A DNA stretch of 64,000 nucleotides from an uncultured Phycisphaerales bacterium (GCA_963755915.1 CAVWLP010000003.1:224001-288000), one strand, 5' to 3'. Numbered from the stretch's first letter, positions 41,218 to 53,888 are shown. Made by a program: numbers and translations. The notes: generated from the letters alone by a model not told the origin.

Positions 41218-41725
41218 TATCGTCGCTTTGTTACCTGATTTGGCCTCGCGATGCGACTCACTACCCCCGCCGCGGTACAGTCGATTTTCCGGCCAACTTC
41301 AGGCATCAATTCGACGATCCTTTAAAAATCTGCACTTCAAATTCGAATCCTCCGCCGCCGCTCGGAGAAACCGAGCAACTGGCGACGAGGCGAAAGTCTC
41401 AAAAAATCCGAGGTTCTCGGATGAGCAAGCCGAACGACCTGTCGGCAAAGCCAACGATCCGGCCGCGATTGACAAATTTTCAGCGGCTAACGTGTTAGTG
41501 TCCATGGCGTTGACTGCGGCACTATCTAAATCGCCACCGGTTCCGCCCTGGCAAGCACCAGAGCTTCAAACAGCATAATCTCTTTGCACCGGCAAGCCAA
41601 TGAAAATTTGAAAATTTTATATAATTTGATTTATTTTGTCATTTAGCCGGTTAGATTAATCGAACCGCGCTAAGAATTTCATTTGGAGCTTGCAGGAGGG
41701 CGCGGTGGCCTCGGAGGAGTCTTTC

Positions 41726-42622
41726 ATGTCCAACGCTTTCCGAAAAAGCGACCTGCCACGACTCGGATTTACACTCGTCGAACTCCTCGTCGTGATCGCC
41801 ATTATTGCCCTGCTGATTTCCATCTTGTTGCCGGCTCTCAACAAGGCCCGCTACCAGGCCATCGTCACCCAGTGCGAATCCAACGAGCGGCAACTCGGCG
41901 CGGCAATGATCATGTACGCCGGCGACAACAGCGGATTTCTCCCTCGCTTTGATCTGCCCACCGGGTACGGCGCGGGCAACCTCTCTGACCTGCTGGGCGA
42001 CGGCGCTGGCACCAACCTTCAAATTAGCTGCGCCACCGGCTTCTATGGTTATCTCAATTCCCTTTATAAAGTGACGCAGCCCATCTTCTTCTGCCCGGCG
42101 GGCAACACTGACACTTACAATACGATCTTCACTGAGTACAACACCGGCACTTTTCCCATGCAGGCGATTTCCTATGCCGTCTGGGTGCCGCACATCAGCG
42201 ATGGCGTAGAAGTGCCGCCCGTCTATTACAGCTATCCACCCCCCATATCTTCTGTAGCATGGTCGGGCACAGGCCCGCCCGTAGTCCCCCCCTCCGGCGC
42301 CGTTTCCAACAAGCTGATCATTATGTACAAGGCGGCGCCCATCCATGCCCCGATCAAGCTTGGCGACAAGGGGCTGACTGCAAATCCGATGCTGACCGAT
42401 GCCGTTTACCTCAGTCAAAACGTCGATTTCGCCGACCACGGCACGGCTATCAATTTCACGACCGTGCCCCAGATCAATTATCAGACGCAATACGGCGGCC
42501 ATTACCGCGGAGGAGTTTTGGAATCGGTCAACGCCTGCTATGTCGATGGGCACGTTGATCGCATCCCGGCCGCACAGGTGCAAGTGCGCTACGGAAGCCT
42601 CAATGCATGGGTTTGCCGGTGA
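41726..42622 (+). CDS. Prepilin-type N-terminal cleavage/methylation protein with H-X(n)-DG C-terminus (DUF1559-like)
   Basis: [29 protein letters not shown]...C.SN.RQLG.A..MY, FFCPA, GH...NACYVDGHV. Confidence 0.92.
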   Translation: MSNAFRKSDLPRLGFTLVELLVVIAIIALLISILLPALNKARYQAIVTQCESNERQLGAAMIMYAGDNSGFLPRFDLPTGYGAGNLSDLLGDGAGTNLQISCATGFYGYLNSLYKVTQPIFFCPAGNTDTYNTIFTEYNTGTFPMQAISYAVWVPHISDGVEVPPVYYSYPPPISSVAWSGTGPPVVPPSGAVSNKLIIMYKAAPIHAPIKLGDKGLTANPMLTDAVYLSQNVDFADHGTAINFTTVPQINYQTQYGGHYRGGVLESVNACYVDGHVDRIPAAQVQVRYGSLNAWVCR

Positions 42623-42668
42623 ATAGTTAAATCTGCGAACAACACATTCTTGATGTGGAGGATAGAAA

Positions 42669-44900
42669 ATGAAGTCGAAAGCTTCCCAGTTCATCGTACC
42701 ATCCAAAAAGCGTGCGGCTCTAATCTGTTCCGCCGCCGCGCTGACGGCGCTCAGCGGACGGAAGGCCTGGGCCAATCCGGGAATGACGAACCTGGCGCTC
42801 GACGCGGCTGCCGGCGGCAACGCCACCGCGACAGCCACGAACTCTGACTATGGTTCGACACCCAATCTTGCCATTGCCGGCACTACAGACGGGAATTTCG
42901 GCGATGGGACGGTATGGTATGGAAACTCTCCCAGCTCTGAAGGGACAAATACCAGTCCGTCGACAACCTATAACTACACGGTCAATCTGGGACAAAACGA
43001 CTACATCGATCGCGTTCAGTTCCTGCCCCGCACCGACGCCGATCAAAACATCTTCGGCAACTTCAGTATTTCCATCTATCAGGGCGTCGCCGGCCCCGAC
43101 AACACTGTCGTCCCCGCCGCTACCCCTTCGTTCTCCGAAGACTATAACAGCGGTTATTTCGGAGATACTTTCGCCACAGCCGACCCCGGGAACTCGGCCA
43201 ATGGTGGCTCGGCCAACGGGAGCTATGGCCAGTTTGTCCGCATTACGCGGCTCGACAACAACTATTGGATGACGTTCGCTGCAATGCAAGTCGTCGGCTC
43301 ACCGGTGCCCATGCAGGACACGATAAGCAACGACCTTGCCCTGAATAAACCGGTGACGACTTCCTCACCGGCGGGATTTGGGGGCTCTATTAGCGGCGGC
43401 AACGATGGCAATATCAGCGGCGATCTCAACGCCCCCAGCTCGCCCGACTTCTGTTCTTCGACGGCCGGCGCAGGTCAATACTGGCAGGTCGATCTCGGCG
43501 CAAACACCTCGCTCTCGACTGCCGAACTATTTTGCCGCGAGAACGTGAATGAAAACACCACGAGCCAGTTCGATGTGGAAGTGTTCAACAGCTCGATGCA
43601 AGAGGTTGACTCGGTAATCGTGAACAATAACGAGTCGGCTGGAAATTTTGATCACGAGATTAATCTGAGCGGCGTTACCGGCGAGTTCATACGCCTGGCA
43701 ACGACGCAAAATCAGTATCTTTCCTTTTCGGAGTTGGAGGTGTTCGGAACTTCCCAAACGGAGCAATGGGCCTCTACGAATTCCGGCGACTGGAACAACA
43801 TCGACAACTGGAACGGCGGTACCGTGCCCAACGCCGTGGGCGCCGAGGCCGATTTCTTCGGCGCGATCTCCTCCAATCAGACTGTCTTCACCAATGCTCC
43901 TGTCACCGTGGGAACGCTCAACTTCAACAATTCAAGCACCTACGAGATCACCGGAAATGGTTCCCTCACTCTTCAGGCGACCAGCGGCAACGCCCAGGTC
44001 ATCGTTCAGCAGGGAACGCATGTGCTGGATCTCCCGGTGACGATCGCCAGCAACACGAACTTGGACGTCGCCTCCGGTGCAACCCTCGTCGTTGCCAACC
44101 CAATCACCATCAACTCCGGCAACAGCATCGCCAGCACGGGCAGTGGAACCGTCAACTTTCAGTCCATCATCACCGTCGACAGCAACGCCTCGATCGCTTT
44201 CGGGAACTCCACCTACGCCAACAAGCTTTCCGTTGCCTCCAGCGGTACAGCCTCCATTCAGGGCTCCGGCAACGTTGTTGAAGTAGACAGTCTTTCCAAC
44301 CTCGGCACCGTCGATATCACCAAAAACGAGTTGCTCATCAACTACGCCGGTCAGGGTGATCCAATTTCTTCCATCGCCCAAGAGCTCAAGAGTGGCTACA
44401 ACAACGGCGGCTGGAACGGTACGGGAATTATTTCCTCCGCCGCTCAAACCACGCAAGGTGGCTTGCGCTACGGCGTCGGCTGGGCCGACGGCGCGGATAA
44501 CGTCGTCTCCGGCCTGTCTTCCGGAGAAATCGAAGTCAAATATACGCTCCTCGGCGACGCCAACCTTGATGGCGTCGTAAATGGATCCGACTTCAGCATA
44601 CTCGCGGCGAACTTCGGGCTCGGTCATACGAACTGGGATCAGGGCAATTTCCTCTTTTCGTCTTCGGTCAACGGCGCCGATTTCGCCGCTCTGGCGGCAA
44701 ATTTCGGGCAGGGAGACAATCTCTCCGCTGTCACGGTTTCACCCGCCGACATCGCGGCCCTCGACGCCTTCGCCGCCGCCAATGGCCTGCTGGCGGATGT
44801 GCCGGAACCGGTGACACTGGGCCCGCTGGCTTTGGGTGCCTTGGCCATATTCGCGCGCGGCGCAGTCGCGCCCGCACTCATCGTCGAAATTAAAACCTAA
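42669..44900 (+). CDS. PEP-CTERM protein with two F5/8-type C/F-type-lectin-like domains and a dockerin-like C-terminal module
   Basis: NLAL...A.DG...VNLG...IDRV...PRTD...GQFVRI...FAAMQV; second repeat NDLALNKPV...YWQVDLG...FSELEVF; GDANLDG.VNGSDF; VPEP (tail likely frameshifted from ...RRRSR). Confidence 0.85.
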   Translation: MKSKASQFIVPSKKRAALICSAAALTALSGRKAWANPGMTNLALDAAAGGNATATATNSDYGSTPNLAIAGTTDGNFGDGTVWYGNSPSSEGTNTSPSTTYNYTVNLGQNDYIDRVQFLPRTDADQNIFGNFSISIYQGVAGPDNTVVPAATPSFSEDYNSGYFGDTFATADPGNSANGGSANGSYGQFVRITRLDNNYWMTFAAMQVVGSPVPMQDTISNDLALNKPVTTSSPAGFGGSISGGNDGNISGDLNAPSSPDFCSSTAGAGQYWQVDLGANTSLSTAELFCRENVNENTTSQFDVEVFNSSMQEVDSVIVNNNESAGNFDHEINLSGVTGEFIRLATTQNQYLSFSELEVFGTSQTEQWASTNSGDWNNIDNWNGGTVPNAVGAEADFFGAISSNQTVFTNAPVTVGTLNFNNSSTYEITGNGSLTLQATSGNAQVIVQQGTHVLDLPVTIASNTNLDVASGATLVVANPITINSGNSIASTGSGTVNFQSIITVDSNASIAFGNSTYANKLSVASSGTASIQGSGNVVEVDSLSNLGTVDITKNELLINYAGQGDPISSIAQELKSGYNNGGWNGTGIISSAAQTTQGGLRYGVGWADGADNVVSGLSSGEIEVKYTLLGDANLDGVVNGSDFSILAANFGLGHTNWDQGNFLFSSSVNGADFAALAANFGQGDNLSAVTVSPADIAALDAFAAANGLLADVPEPVTLGPLALGALAIFARGAVAPALIVEIKT

Positions 44901-44926
44901 TACCCTTGTTATGCGGAGGAAAGAAA

Positions 44927-46104
44927 ATGAAATCGAAAGCTATACAGTTCATGTCGCAATCTAGGATCCGTGTTGCGCTTATCTGCTCTTCCAGCGCTGC
45001 GGTGGCGCTCGTCGGATCGAGTAAGGCCTGGGCCGACCCGGGGATGACGAACTTGGCGCTCGACGCCGCTGCCGGCGGGATAGCCACCGCCACGGCGACG
45101 AACTCTGATTATGGAACGACGCCTGACCTCGGCATTGACGGCGATCGAGACGGGAACTTCTACGACGGCTCGGTGTACTATGGAAACTCCCCCAACGATG
45201 AGGGGACCAACACCAGTCCATCGACAACTTATTTCTACCAGGTCAACCTGGGCCAAAACGACTACATCAACCGCATTCAGTTCCTGCCGCGCACCGACAC
45301 GACGCAGAACGTCTTTGGCAACTTCAATATTTCGATCTATCCGGCCATGTCCAACGGTCAGCCGGCGGCGACTCCTTCGTACTCCCAGAACTTTAACACC
45401 GGCTATTTCGGCCCTGAATTCGCTACCGCCCTCCCCGGGGCTCCGGCCGGCGGCGTTAATGGCCAATATGTTCGCATCACCCGCCTCGACAACAACTACT
45501 GGCTCACCTTCGCTGAAATGGAAGTGATCGGCTCATCCACGCCGGTCCAGTACAATCTGAGCAACGACATCGCCCTCGGTAAACCCGTGACGTTGGATCC
45601 GGGGGATTCGGCCGGATATGGATCAACGAATGCCTCCGGCAACGACGGCGATATCAACGGTGATTTCTACGCCCCGAACCAGGGCGTCACCAACGCGGGC
45701 GGCACCCCGTCTTTTTCTCGAATAATTACGGTACCACCAATCAAGTATACTGGCAGGTCGACCTCGGCGCGGACATCCCGCTTTCCTACGCCGAACTATT
45801 TGCCCGCATGGGTTCCAATTCGACGTCCGAATTCGAAGTAGAGGTGTACGACAGTTCAATGGACCTCGTCGATACCTCGATCGTGAGCAACAACGACGTG
45901 AATGGAACGGACCCCGGTTATGATCACGAAATCGACTTTAAAGGCGTTGTCGGCGAGTACGTGCGGGTGACACCCGGCCCCGACGCTGGCTCTTCGTACC
46001 TGTCGTTTTCGGAACTTGAGGTATTTGCCGTTCCGGAGCCATCGACGTTTGTTCTCGGTGTGGCCTGTCTCGCTGGGTTCATGCACCGCCGCCGCACTCG
46101 TTGA
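44927..46104 (+). CDS. PEP-CTERM protein with two F5/8-type C/F-type-lectin-like domains; paralog of the previous gene (frameshift ~45720)
   Basis: Near-identical N-terminus (MKSKA...PGMTNLALDAAAGG...NSDYG); ends FSELEVFAVPEPSTFVLG...RRRTR. Confidence 0.85.
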
Positions 46105-46143
46105 AGCATTGGGTTTGCGGCACGTACCAATAGTATCTCGGCA

Positions 46144-48569
46144 ATGAAATTTTGTTTGCTCGCTCTTTTGATTTTCGCCGCGCCGTTCCGGTGTGCGGCA
46201 CAAACGATTTCTTCAGCCCCCGAAACCCTGATCTGGTTCGACGCCCAGGCTTCTAACTTCACGGAATCCACGCCATTGGGCAACGGCCGCCTCGGGGCAA
46301 TGATGTTCGGCGGCGTGGACGAAGAGCGGATCGTCCTGAACGAGAATTCAGTGTGGTCCGGTTCACGTCAAGATGCCGACCGGCCGCAGGCCTACAAGGC
46401 CTTACCAGAAATCCAGCGGTTGTTGCTCGAGGGAAAAAATTCCCAGGCCGAAGCGCTCGTTAATGCGCAGTTCGTCTGCCAGGGACCCGGGTCCAACTCC
46501 GGCACCGGCGACAGCCAATTCGGATGCTATCAAACGCTGGGAAATCTACATCTATCATTTTCGGGCGACACCAACACACCCGTCGAAAATTATCGCCGCG
46601 AATTGAATCTCAACGATGCCGTGGGACGTGTGGAATTCAATCGGGGCGGCACAACTTTCTCCCGCGAAATGTTTGTAAGTTGGCCGGATCAGGTGATGGT
46701 TTTACACCTGACCGCCGATCGCCCTCAGGCGATTTCTTTTGACGCACGGCTCGACCGGCCGGAGCGATTCGCAACCGCCGGGGACGGTGAAAACGGTTTG
46801 CTGATGACCGGTCAATTGAATGATGGCCTGGGTGGAAAAGGCATCTCCTATGCCGCTCGAATTCGCGTTTTGGCTCGTAGTGGCCAGGTATCCGTTCATG
46901 AAAATCTGTTAAGTGTCAAGAACGCCGACGAGGTAACTTTGCTGATAGCGGCGGCAACCGACTACCAGGGCTTCGCCGGCCGTCAAACCAAAGACCCTTT
47001 GACTGCAACATCAGATGATTTGAACAAAGCTGAACAGAAAATCTTACGACTCGCTGCGCACGGCGCAGCGTGGCAGACTACCAAAAGTATTTCCAGCGCG
47101 TTTCACTGCAACTCGGTCCGGGAAATTCGGCCGCGGCAACCCAGCCCACACCGAAGAGAATTGAAGCCGCGGCCGAGAGGCCGGGCGATCCAAGTTTGGC
47201 CGCCTTGTATTTCAATTTCGGCCGCTACTTGTTGATTTCCTCGTCTCGACCAGGCGGCCTACCGGCTAATTTGCAAGGCATTTGGGCCGAGGAAACTCAT
47301 ACGCCCTGGACCGGCGACTGGCACTTGGACATGAATGTCGAAATGAACTACTGGCCGGCAGAAGTCTGCAATCTTTCGGATCTGACTGAGCCATTGTTCG
47401 CCTTGATCAACTCGTTACAAGTCCCCGGCGCTAAAACAGCCCATGACTATTACAACGCACGCGGGTGGGTCGCACATGTGATAACAAATCCGTGGGGCTA
47501 TACGTCGCCCGGGGAAGCCGCATCGTGGGGTTCTTACTGTGGAGGATCGGCCTGGTTGTGCCAGCATCTCTACGATCACTATCTCTTCACCCGCGATCGG
47601 AAATTCCTGCAATGGGCTTATCCGATTCTGAAGGGCGCCGCGCGTTTCTATAGTGACGTATTGATCGAAGAACCGACACATCACTGGCTGGTGATCGCCC
47701 CGTCCAACTCACCCGAGAACCATTTTAAAACGGCCGATGGCACCGATGTGTGTATTGCTGCCGGTCCAACTATGGTTCAGCAACAGGTGCGATATCTGTT
47801 TACGGCCTGCATAGACTCAGCTCAGACGCTTGGCATCGATGAGGAATTCCAGAAGGAACTGACGGCCAAGCGCGCACGGCTGGCCCCAACGCAAATCGGT
47901 TCCGATGGACGCATCCTGGAGTGGCTGGCTGAATATAAGGAATCGGATCCCCATCATCGTCACGTTTCGCATTTATGGGGATTGTATCCCGGCAACGAAA
48001 TCTCGCCCTACTCGACTCCGCAGCTCGCAGAAGCGGCTCGCAAATCTTTGGACGTTCGCGGCGATCTACCCAACCTTGCATCGGGCGAAGGCGGAATTGG
48101 ATGGTCGCTCGCCTGCAAGGCCGCCATGCGAGCCCGGCTCGGCGAGGGGAACAATGCTTGGAGCCTGGTGCGAATGGCACTTGAACCCGCATACGGCACA
48201 CACCACGACCCCAACTCCGGCGGAGGGGTGTATGCCAATCTGTTTGATGTCTGCCCTCCATTTCAAATTGACGGAAACTTTGGAATGACTGCGGCGATTG
48301 GTGAAATGTTGGTTCAAAGCGACAACCACGTCATTTATCTGCTGCCCGCGCTCCCAGACGCTTGGAAGCAAGGGAAAGTGACCGGATTGCGGGCGCGCGG
48401 GGGCTTTGAAGTCTCCATGACCTGGAACGACGGAAAGCTTACTTCAGCAACCGTCCGGTCTGACCAGGGTGAGCCAATCCGCATCTGTTACAAAGGCTCG
48501 GCATTGGACCCTAACCTTGCAAGCGGAGAGGGCGTTACGTTGGATGGAAATCTTACCGTGAAGCCCTGA
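46144..48569 (+). CDS. GH95 alpha-L-fucosidase, secreted (frameshift ~47050-47070)
   Basis: PLGNGRLGAM, LNENSVWSG, FNFGRYLLISSSR, PANLQGIW, EMNYWPAE, HRHVSHLWGLYPG, PPFQIDGNFG, LLPALP. Confidence 0.93.
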
Positions 48570-48599
48570 GCTTCATTCCCGGCAATGAGACTATTCCAA

Positions 48600-49631
48600 T
48601 CAGATCCGACGCGCGCGGCGGCGAAGTAAACCGCAACCACATAGTCCCAACAGGGACAAAGCAGCGGGCTCGGGGACGGAGATGTCAGAGACTATCAATG
48701 AGCTGTAATCAATCCGCTGTGTGGCGCCACGCATGCCGAAGCCAATCCCGTCGTAGGTGAGATTGGGCGTGGACGCGGCGGTGGCCGTGGAAGTGTTCCC
48801 TTCCTCAAATGTTCCCGCCGTGCCGCTACCCGAGCCAGTGTTCAAGTACAGCGAGTTGCTGATACTCAGCGAGCCATTGGCGTTGAGTGTAATCGTCAGG
48901 TCCTGAGTGTAGGTGTCCCCGAGGACTGCGATGTAATTCGCACCCGTATTCGCACCGAGCGAGGTTTGGGCAGACGCGCTACCGACACCCCCGATGACCA
49001 GATCCTGGTTGATCTGTTGGGTCGCCCCCGTCTGGGCTGCCCGCGAAAATATATAGTTACCGTTGCCGGCCGTAGAGGAAATCTGGCCGACATATCCGGC
49101 CCAGTTCTGTACGCCTCCGTCGGCTTCCGTGCCACTGGATGACAATCCGGAATTCTGCAGATTGGTGTAGGGCACCACCGAGGGAGCTGCCGAAACATTT
49201 CCGTTCGAATTGAACAAACCAAGATCGGTATAATCGCCCGTCGTCTGCAGGACGGCGCCGCTCGTGGCTACGAACGTCAGGTCTGCCTCGATGGTAGTAA
49301 CACCGGTCAAGGATAAGGTAACGGGCGTTTGCGTGAACAGCGATTCAAACTCGGCATAACCAGAGCTACTGGTGTAGTTCAGTTCCAGATCGCCCGATGC
49401 GATGCTGGCGCTGGCGCCCTTGTTGGATGCGGCATCGTAGCTGGTGGAAGTCGAGGTGACATTGCTGCTCGTCAGCGTTTGGTTGAGCGACGAACTGCCG
49501 AAGCCATCATCAAAGATAGTGTTGGCTTGGCCGTGCGATGAAGACAACGCGACAAGGCATCCCGCCGCAACTCCCACAAAGAGGTTGCCGGCCCGTTTGT
49601 CCGTACGACTCAAAAGATCCCTCGTTCTCAT
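48600..49631 (-). CDS. PEP-CTERM sorting domain surface protein
   Basis: Start MRTRDLL after AGGAG; signal peptide; S/T/G-rich; VPEPAALSLLGLCGCGLLRRRARRI. Confidence 0.88.
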   Translation of the reverse strand: MRTRDLLSRTDKRAGNLFVGVAAGCLVALSSSHGQANTIFDDGFGSSSLNQTLTSSNVTSTSTSYDAASNKGASASIASGDLELNYTSSSGYAEFESLFTQTPVTLSLTGVTTIEADLTFVATSGAVLQTTGDYTDLGLFNSNGNVSAAPSVVPYTNLQNSGLSSSGTEADGGVQNWAGYVGQISSTAGNGNYIFSRAAQTGATQQINQDLVIGGVGSASAQTSLGANTGANYIAVLGDTYTQDLTITLNANGSLSISNSLYLNTGSGSGTAGTFEEGNTSTATAASTPNLTYDGIGFGMRGATQRIDYSSLIVSDISVPEPAALSLLGLCGCGLLRRRARRI

Positions 49632-49974
49632 TTTCTCTCCTGTAAAGATGTGTCTCAAATCAAGCGAAATGCTCGAAACTTGTTTCAATCCAGAGCCCGC
49701 CATCTCCCACCTCCGATTAAGCGTCGCATCGGTTTGCATTCACGACACAATCGGCAGGAAGGAGATGCCGACTGGTTTCCTGCTGCTTATTTCATGGCCG
49801 AAATATACCCCTTCAAAAACCTCGCAACAGTGCTATATCGCGAACGGATAGGCCAAATTGCGTTTTGGCGGCGACATTGATTTTTGGAGTTTGTGACTGG
49901 AATTCTCATCGATTCCGCGACGACCTTGCGATCAAAGTCAAATTAGACGCCGCGGCCGATACTTTTCGGGATTT

Positions 49975-52448
49975 TTAAATCGATGCCCTGCGGCGGCGGG
50001 CCGCAAGCGTCAAGAGCCCTAGGCGACCAGGCCCATCGAGGCGGGTTCGGGAACATAAGTCAACGTGAGTTCGTTGTTGGCCAGGCTGAAGGTCCAATTG
50101 TTCGCGTCGGTTGGTGACAAAGTTGGAGTCCCGGCTTCCGTGCCGTTCCAGCTCATTAGGATAAATTTGGAACCGAGCGTGAGGCTGTTGTCCTGAATGA
50201 CATCCAGCAGGGAGCCGCTGGCGAAATTGACGTTGCCAGTTATGTCGATGGTGGAAAGCCCGGTTGAATTTATCTCGGCGGTCAAAGTCGAACGGGTGTT
50301 TTCCTGGTAGTTTCCGGTGATATCGATGCTTGAGTCACCGCCAACCACCTGGAAATTTCCAGTGCCGCCGGAACTGGCGCCCGTCCAGGTGTAGCCGAGC
50401 GTTAATCCGCCCTGATCGACGATGAGGGAACCGCCGGATATTTTATAGGTTCCGGTGCCGCTTCCGCTTTGGGCAAGACGGAGCCCAAGATTGGTGAGCG
50501 CGCTTTCGCCGGAATAGGTAATGGAATCGAGGGTGACCGTTCCCGCGGTTTGATTGAAAAGCGCGGTTCCACTTTCACCGACGGCCATGCAGCCGAAATT
50601 CATAGCGGCGGTTGAGCCGGTGAGATTCCATGTGGAAACGGCGTTCGTCGCCTGGCCGAGTTCAAATTCTTCCTGTCCCGCAAACGAATTGCCGTATTGT
50701 TCGACGGTTCCACCGCTTTGGTTGCCGGTATAGGTACCGGCCGCCGCGCCGATGTAGAAGTTAATGCCCACGAACGTCCCACCGCTCATGTTGAACGTAA
50801 ATTTTCCACCGGCGCCGTTTGTGCCCAATTGGAGCCCGTAGGTGCTGTCCATCTCCGGCGAAGAAGGCGTCCCCGACATATTCACCACCGACGTCCCTGA
50901 GCCGGAATCGATCACCCGGAGATCGTCCGAATCGGTCGCCTCGATGTTAAAGGTGGCCGAATCCGCGGAGTTGGGAGCCAGAATCACAATCGGCCCCAGG
51001 CCCGTCGAACCAAGATGCAGGGAACCGGTGTGAACGGTTATCGTGCCGGATGGCCACGCGCCGTTCGAATTCGTCCACGAGGCAACGTCGAGCGATGATC
51101 CGTTTTCAATAGTCAACTGGTCGTTTTGATTTCCGCTGTCGATCCTGGGGACGCTGAGCGCTCCGCCGTTGAGAATCAGCGAGCTCCCGCCGTCGAGGTG
51201 GAGCAGGCCGGTGACATTGAGCGCACCGCCGGAGCCGATTGTCAGCGTGGACGGTGTGCCACCCGTATTGGCGCCACCGGCGGCGGGGACTCCGACATCA
51301 AGCGTATCGACGTTAGCCGTGCTGGAAAGAATGACGGCGGCACTGGTCGCCGGTTCGATATAGATTCCCTGCCCCGCGGCCGGAAGGGCGCTCGAAGACC
51401 AATCCGCTGCGGTTTCCCATGTTCCATTTCCTCCCTGCCAGACGATGGGAACGAGCGGCACTGTGGGGTTCCAGCCGCTTAACACTTTCGTCGCAGACAT
51501 AAATGGCGCCGCCTGCGTAGCGGTCAATTGATACGGCCAGATCGCGGTTGAACTCCAACTGCTCGCCGAAGTATTGATCGGGTTATCGCTGGAATTCACC
51601 AATCCATAGGTGGTGAGCCGTTCAGTTGTGTAGGTTGTTCCAGCTCCAAAGCTGCCCCATCCGGCGATGTTGTTGCTGGCCAGCGTGTCATCCACAAACG
51701 CCGACATACCGAACGCAGAATTCCATGAGCGAGCCAGTGTCGTTGAACCGGAAGAGAGTGAGTTCAGTGTATCGTTGTAGAAAACGAATCCGTAGTTGCT
51801 GCTCTGCGGGGTGCTGGGCGCGGTGAAACCCGTGCCGCCGGTTGATAGCTGAGTGATCGTGTCGTTCGTGAAGAACCCCGTCGCCGAACCGTAGATAAAA
51901 TCGACGGTGCCCTGGATCGTGCTGTTGACGATATAAAACCGGCCGGTGTTTTCCGCCTGAAGCGTGTCCTGATACGCGTTAATTGCGACGTTGTTATAGA
52001 TCTGCTTATCGCCCTGGATATACAACGTATTTTGCTGCCCGGCGCTCGGGCCGCCGGTGTTGGCGAAGGTCATGTTCTCAAAGGTGAGATCATTTCCCGC
52101 GGCGGTCATCTGAACCGCACCGGCGCCGCCAGTGATGGTCACCGCGCTTGGCGTGGCGCCCATTCCCTGAAGGGTAATGTATTGCTGGCTGGAACTGATT
52201 GTGTCGGACTCATGGTATGTCCCCGGAAAAATCTGAATGTCATAGGGCGTCAGGCTGTTAAAAGGCACGGCATTTATCGCCGCCTGAATGGTCGTGTAAT
52301 TATTGCCGCTTTGCGTCTGGGCGGGATTGACCGTAAAAACGACCTGGCTGAAGGCGGCGGATGATAGAGCGGCGATCGCGACGGCAAAAGCCGATTGGGT
52401 CAATAAGCCAGCTCGTTTCCGATCGCGACGATGGAGTTTTGGGTTCAT
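49975..52448 (-). CDS. PEP-CTERM-anchored pectin methylesterase (CE8) with beta-repeat stalk (frameshift in the TM tail ~50020)
   Basis: YTTIQAAINA, PGTYHE, ENMTFANT, YQDTL, GTVDFIYG, LARSW; C-terminal VPEPASMGLVA / LGLLTLAARRRR. Confidence 0.85.
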
Positions 52449-52502
52449 GGAATTTCGAAAAAAGGATTCTACAAATAAAGACTCGAACTTCCGGGGTTTT
52501 AA

Positions 52503-53888
52503 TCAGACGGCGATCCGCCGACCGCGCCAGCGGGCGGCGCAAAGGCAAGTCGCGACCGCCGCAATCAAGGCGGATAACGATCCGGGTTCCGGGACGGACA
52601 CGGTGTATTGAGCGTCGTATGAACTGGCGATATTGACTTTGGAGTTCACGAAAGAGACGCCGGTGGCGAAATTAATCTCCATGCCGGTCGGGGCGGTGAC
52701 GCTGTCGTTAATGAAACTGACGTTGGAAATCGGGATGTCCGGCAATCCCCAGAGGATTCCCGCGTCGGCGCCGCTTTGATTATCGACGGACGTCAGGCCG
52801 CTGATGGTGATATTTTCCCAGGTTGGCTCCTCCGACATTCCGGCTCCGCTGGGACTGCTCGCGGGAGTTGACGGCACGTTCGGATAATAGCTTTCGATGC
52901 TGACCGGCGTAGGCACGTTGGTCATGGTCAGGTTTGAATAGGTGAGGTTTTCGACAATTCCCCCGCGCCCGACGGCTGATTTCAGGCGAATGCCATTGCT
53001 TGTGCCGTTGAAGGTGCAGTTGGTGACGGTCAGGCCGTTCAGACCGATGCCACCGGCGCCACCATCGGTGAAACTGCCGATCGAACACCCGTGCCCAGAC
53101 CCGAAGATGACGTTATTGACCGTAATATTGGAGCTCAGGGTATCGCCGCCGATCGCGATATTGTCGTCGCCGTCCGAGATGCTGCTGTTCTCGATCAGCG
53201 CATTCTGGGCGGATATGTCGATTCCATCCGTGTTAGGCGAACTTGCAGTCGTATTGATGGTGACACCGTTCACCGTAACATTGGTGCAGGCATCGATGTT
53301 AATGTGGGTATTGGGCGGGTTCTCAAGCGTAACGCCGGCGACCTCGACTTCGGCACAGTTCTGAAAAGCCACCATTTGCGGCCGCGCAAAGTTGCTCGCC
53401 TCGTAAGCGGACCACCATGGAGCTCCCTGGCCGTTGATGATGCCCGTGCCGCTGACTTCCACATTGGACAGATTGGCGCCGTTGATAAAGTTCGTGTAAG
53501 TGTTGCCGGCGTTCGCTGGATAGGTTCCGTAGGGAAGCATCTGCAGCTCGCCATTTACCTCCAGATTCACGTGGCTCGCCATCGTCAGGGGGCCGGAGAG
53601 GTAGCTTCCGGCGGCGTTATCCGTACCCGAGATGACAACGGTACCTCCGCCGGCGGCCGAAGCCGCATTAATCGCATCCTGAATGGCAGTCGTGTCGTTC
53701 ATGCTGTCGTTGCCGACGGCCCCGTAGGTCGTGACGTTGAAGGTATTGCTCGAAATCGTCGGCAACGTCGGATTCGACCTGGCGCTGGCGGTCCACAGCA
53801 TCGACACGCCCAGCGCCAGCGGAAAAGCTCCACGATGGAGCGCATTGTTCAATCGAGTTACACGACGGCAGTTTTCTCGGTTGAGCAT
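52503..53888 (-). CDS. PEP-CTERM-anchored GH28 polygalacturonase
   Basis: NVTTYGAVG, PNTDGID, GDDNIAI, GHGCSIGS, GIRLKS; C-terminal VPEPGSL...ARWRGRR. Confidence 0.9.
   Translation of the reverse strand: MLNRENCRRVTRLNNALHRGAFPLALGVSMLWTASARSNPTLPTISSNTFNVTTYGAVGNDSMNDTTAIQDAINAASAAGGGTVVISGTDNAAGSYLSGPLTMASHVNLEVNGELQMLPYGTYPANAGNTYTNFINGANLSNVEVSGTGIINGQGAPWWSAYEASNFARPQMVAFQNCAEVEVAGVTLENPPNTHINIDACTNVTVNGVTINTTASSPNTDGIDISAQNALIENSSISDGDDNIAIGGDTLSSNITVNNVIFGSGHGCSIGSFTDGGAGGIGLNGLTVTNCTFNGTSNGIRLKSAVGRGGIVENLTYSNLTMTNVPTPVSIESYYPNVPSTPASSPSGAGMSEEPTWENITISGLTSVDNQSGADAGILWGLPDIPISNVSFINDSVTAPTGMEINFATGVSFVNSKVNIASSYDAQYTVSVPEPGSLSALIAAVATCLCAARWRGRRIAV

Noticed and set aside
41651-42838. 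395-aa minus-strand ORF
   Set aside because: Antisense shadow of the DUF1559 gene
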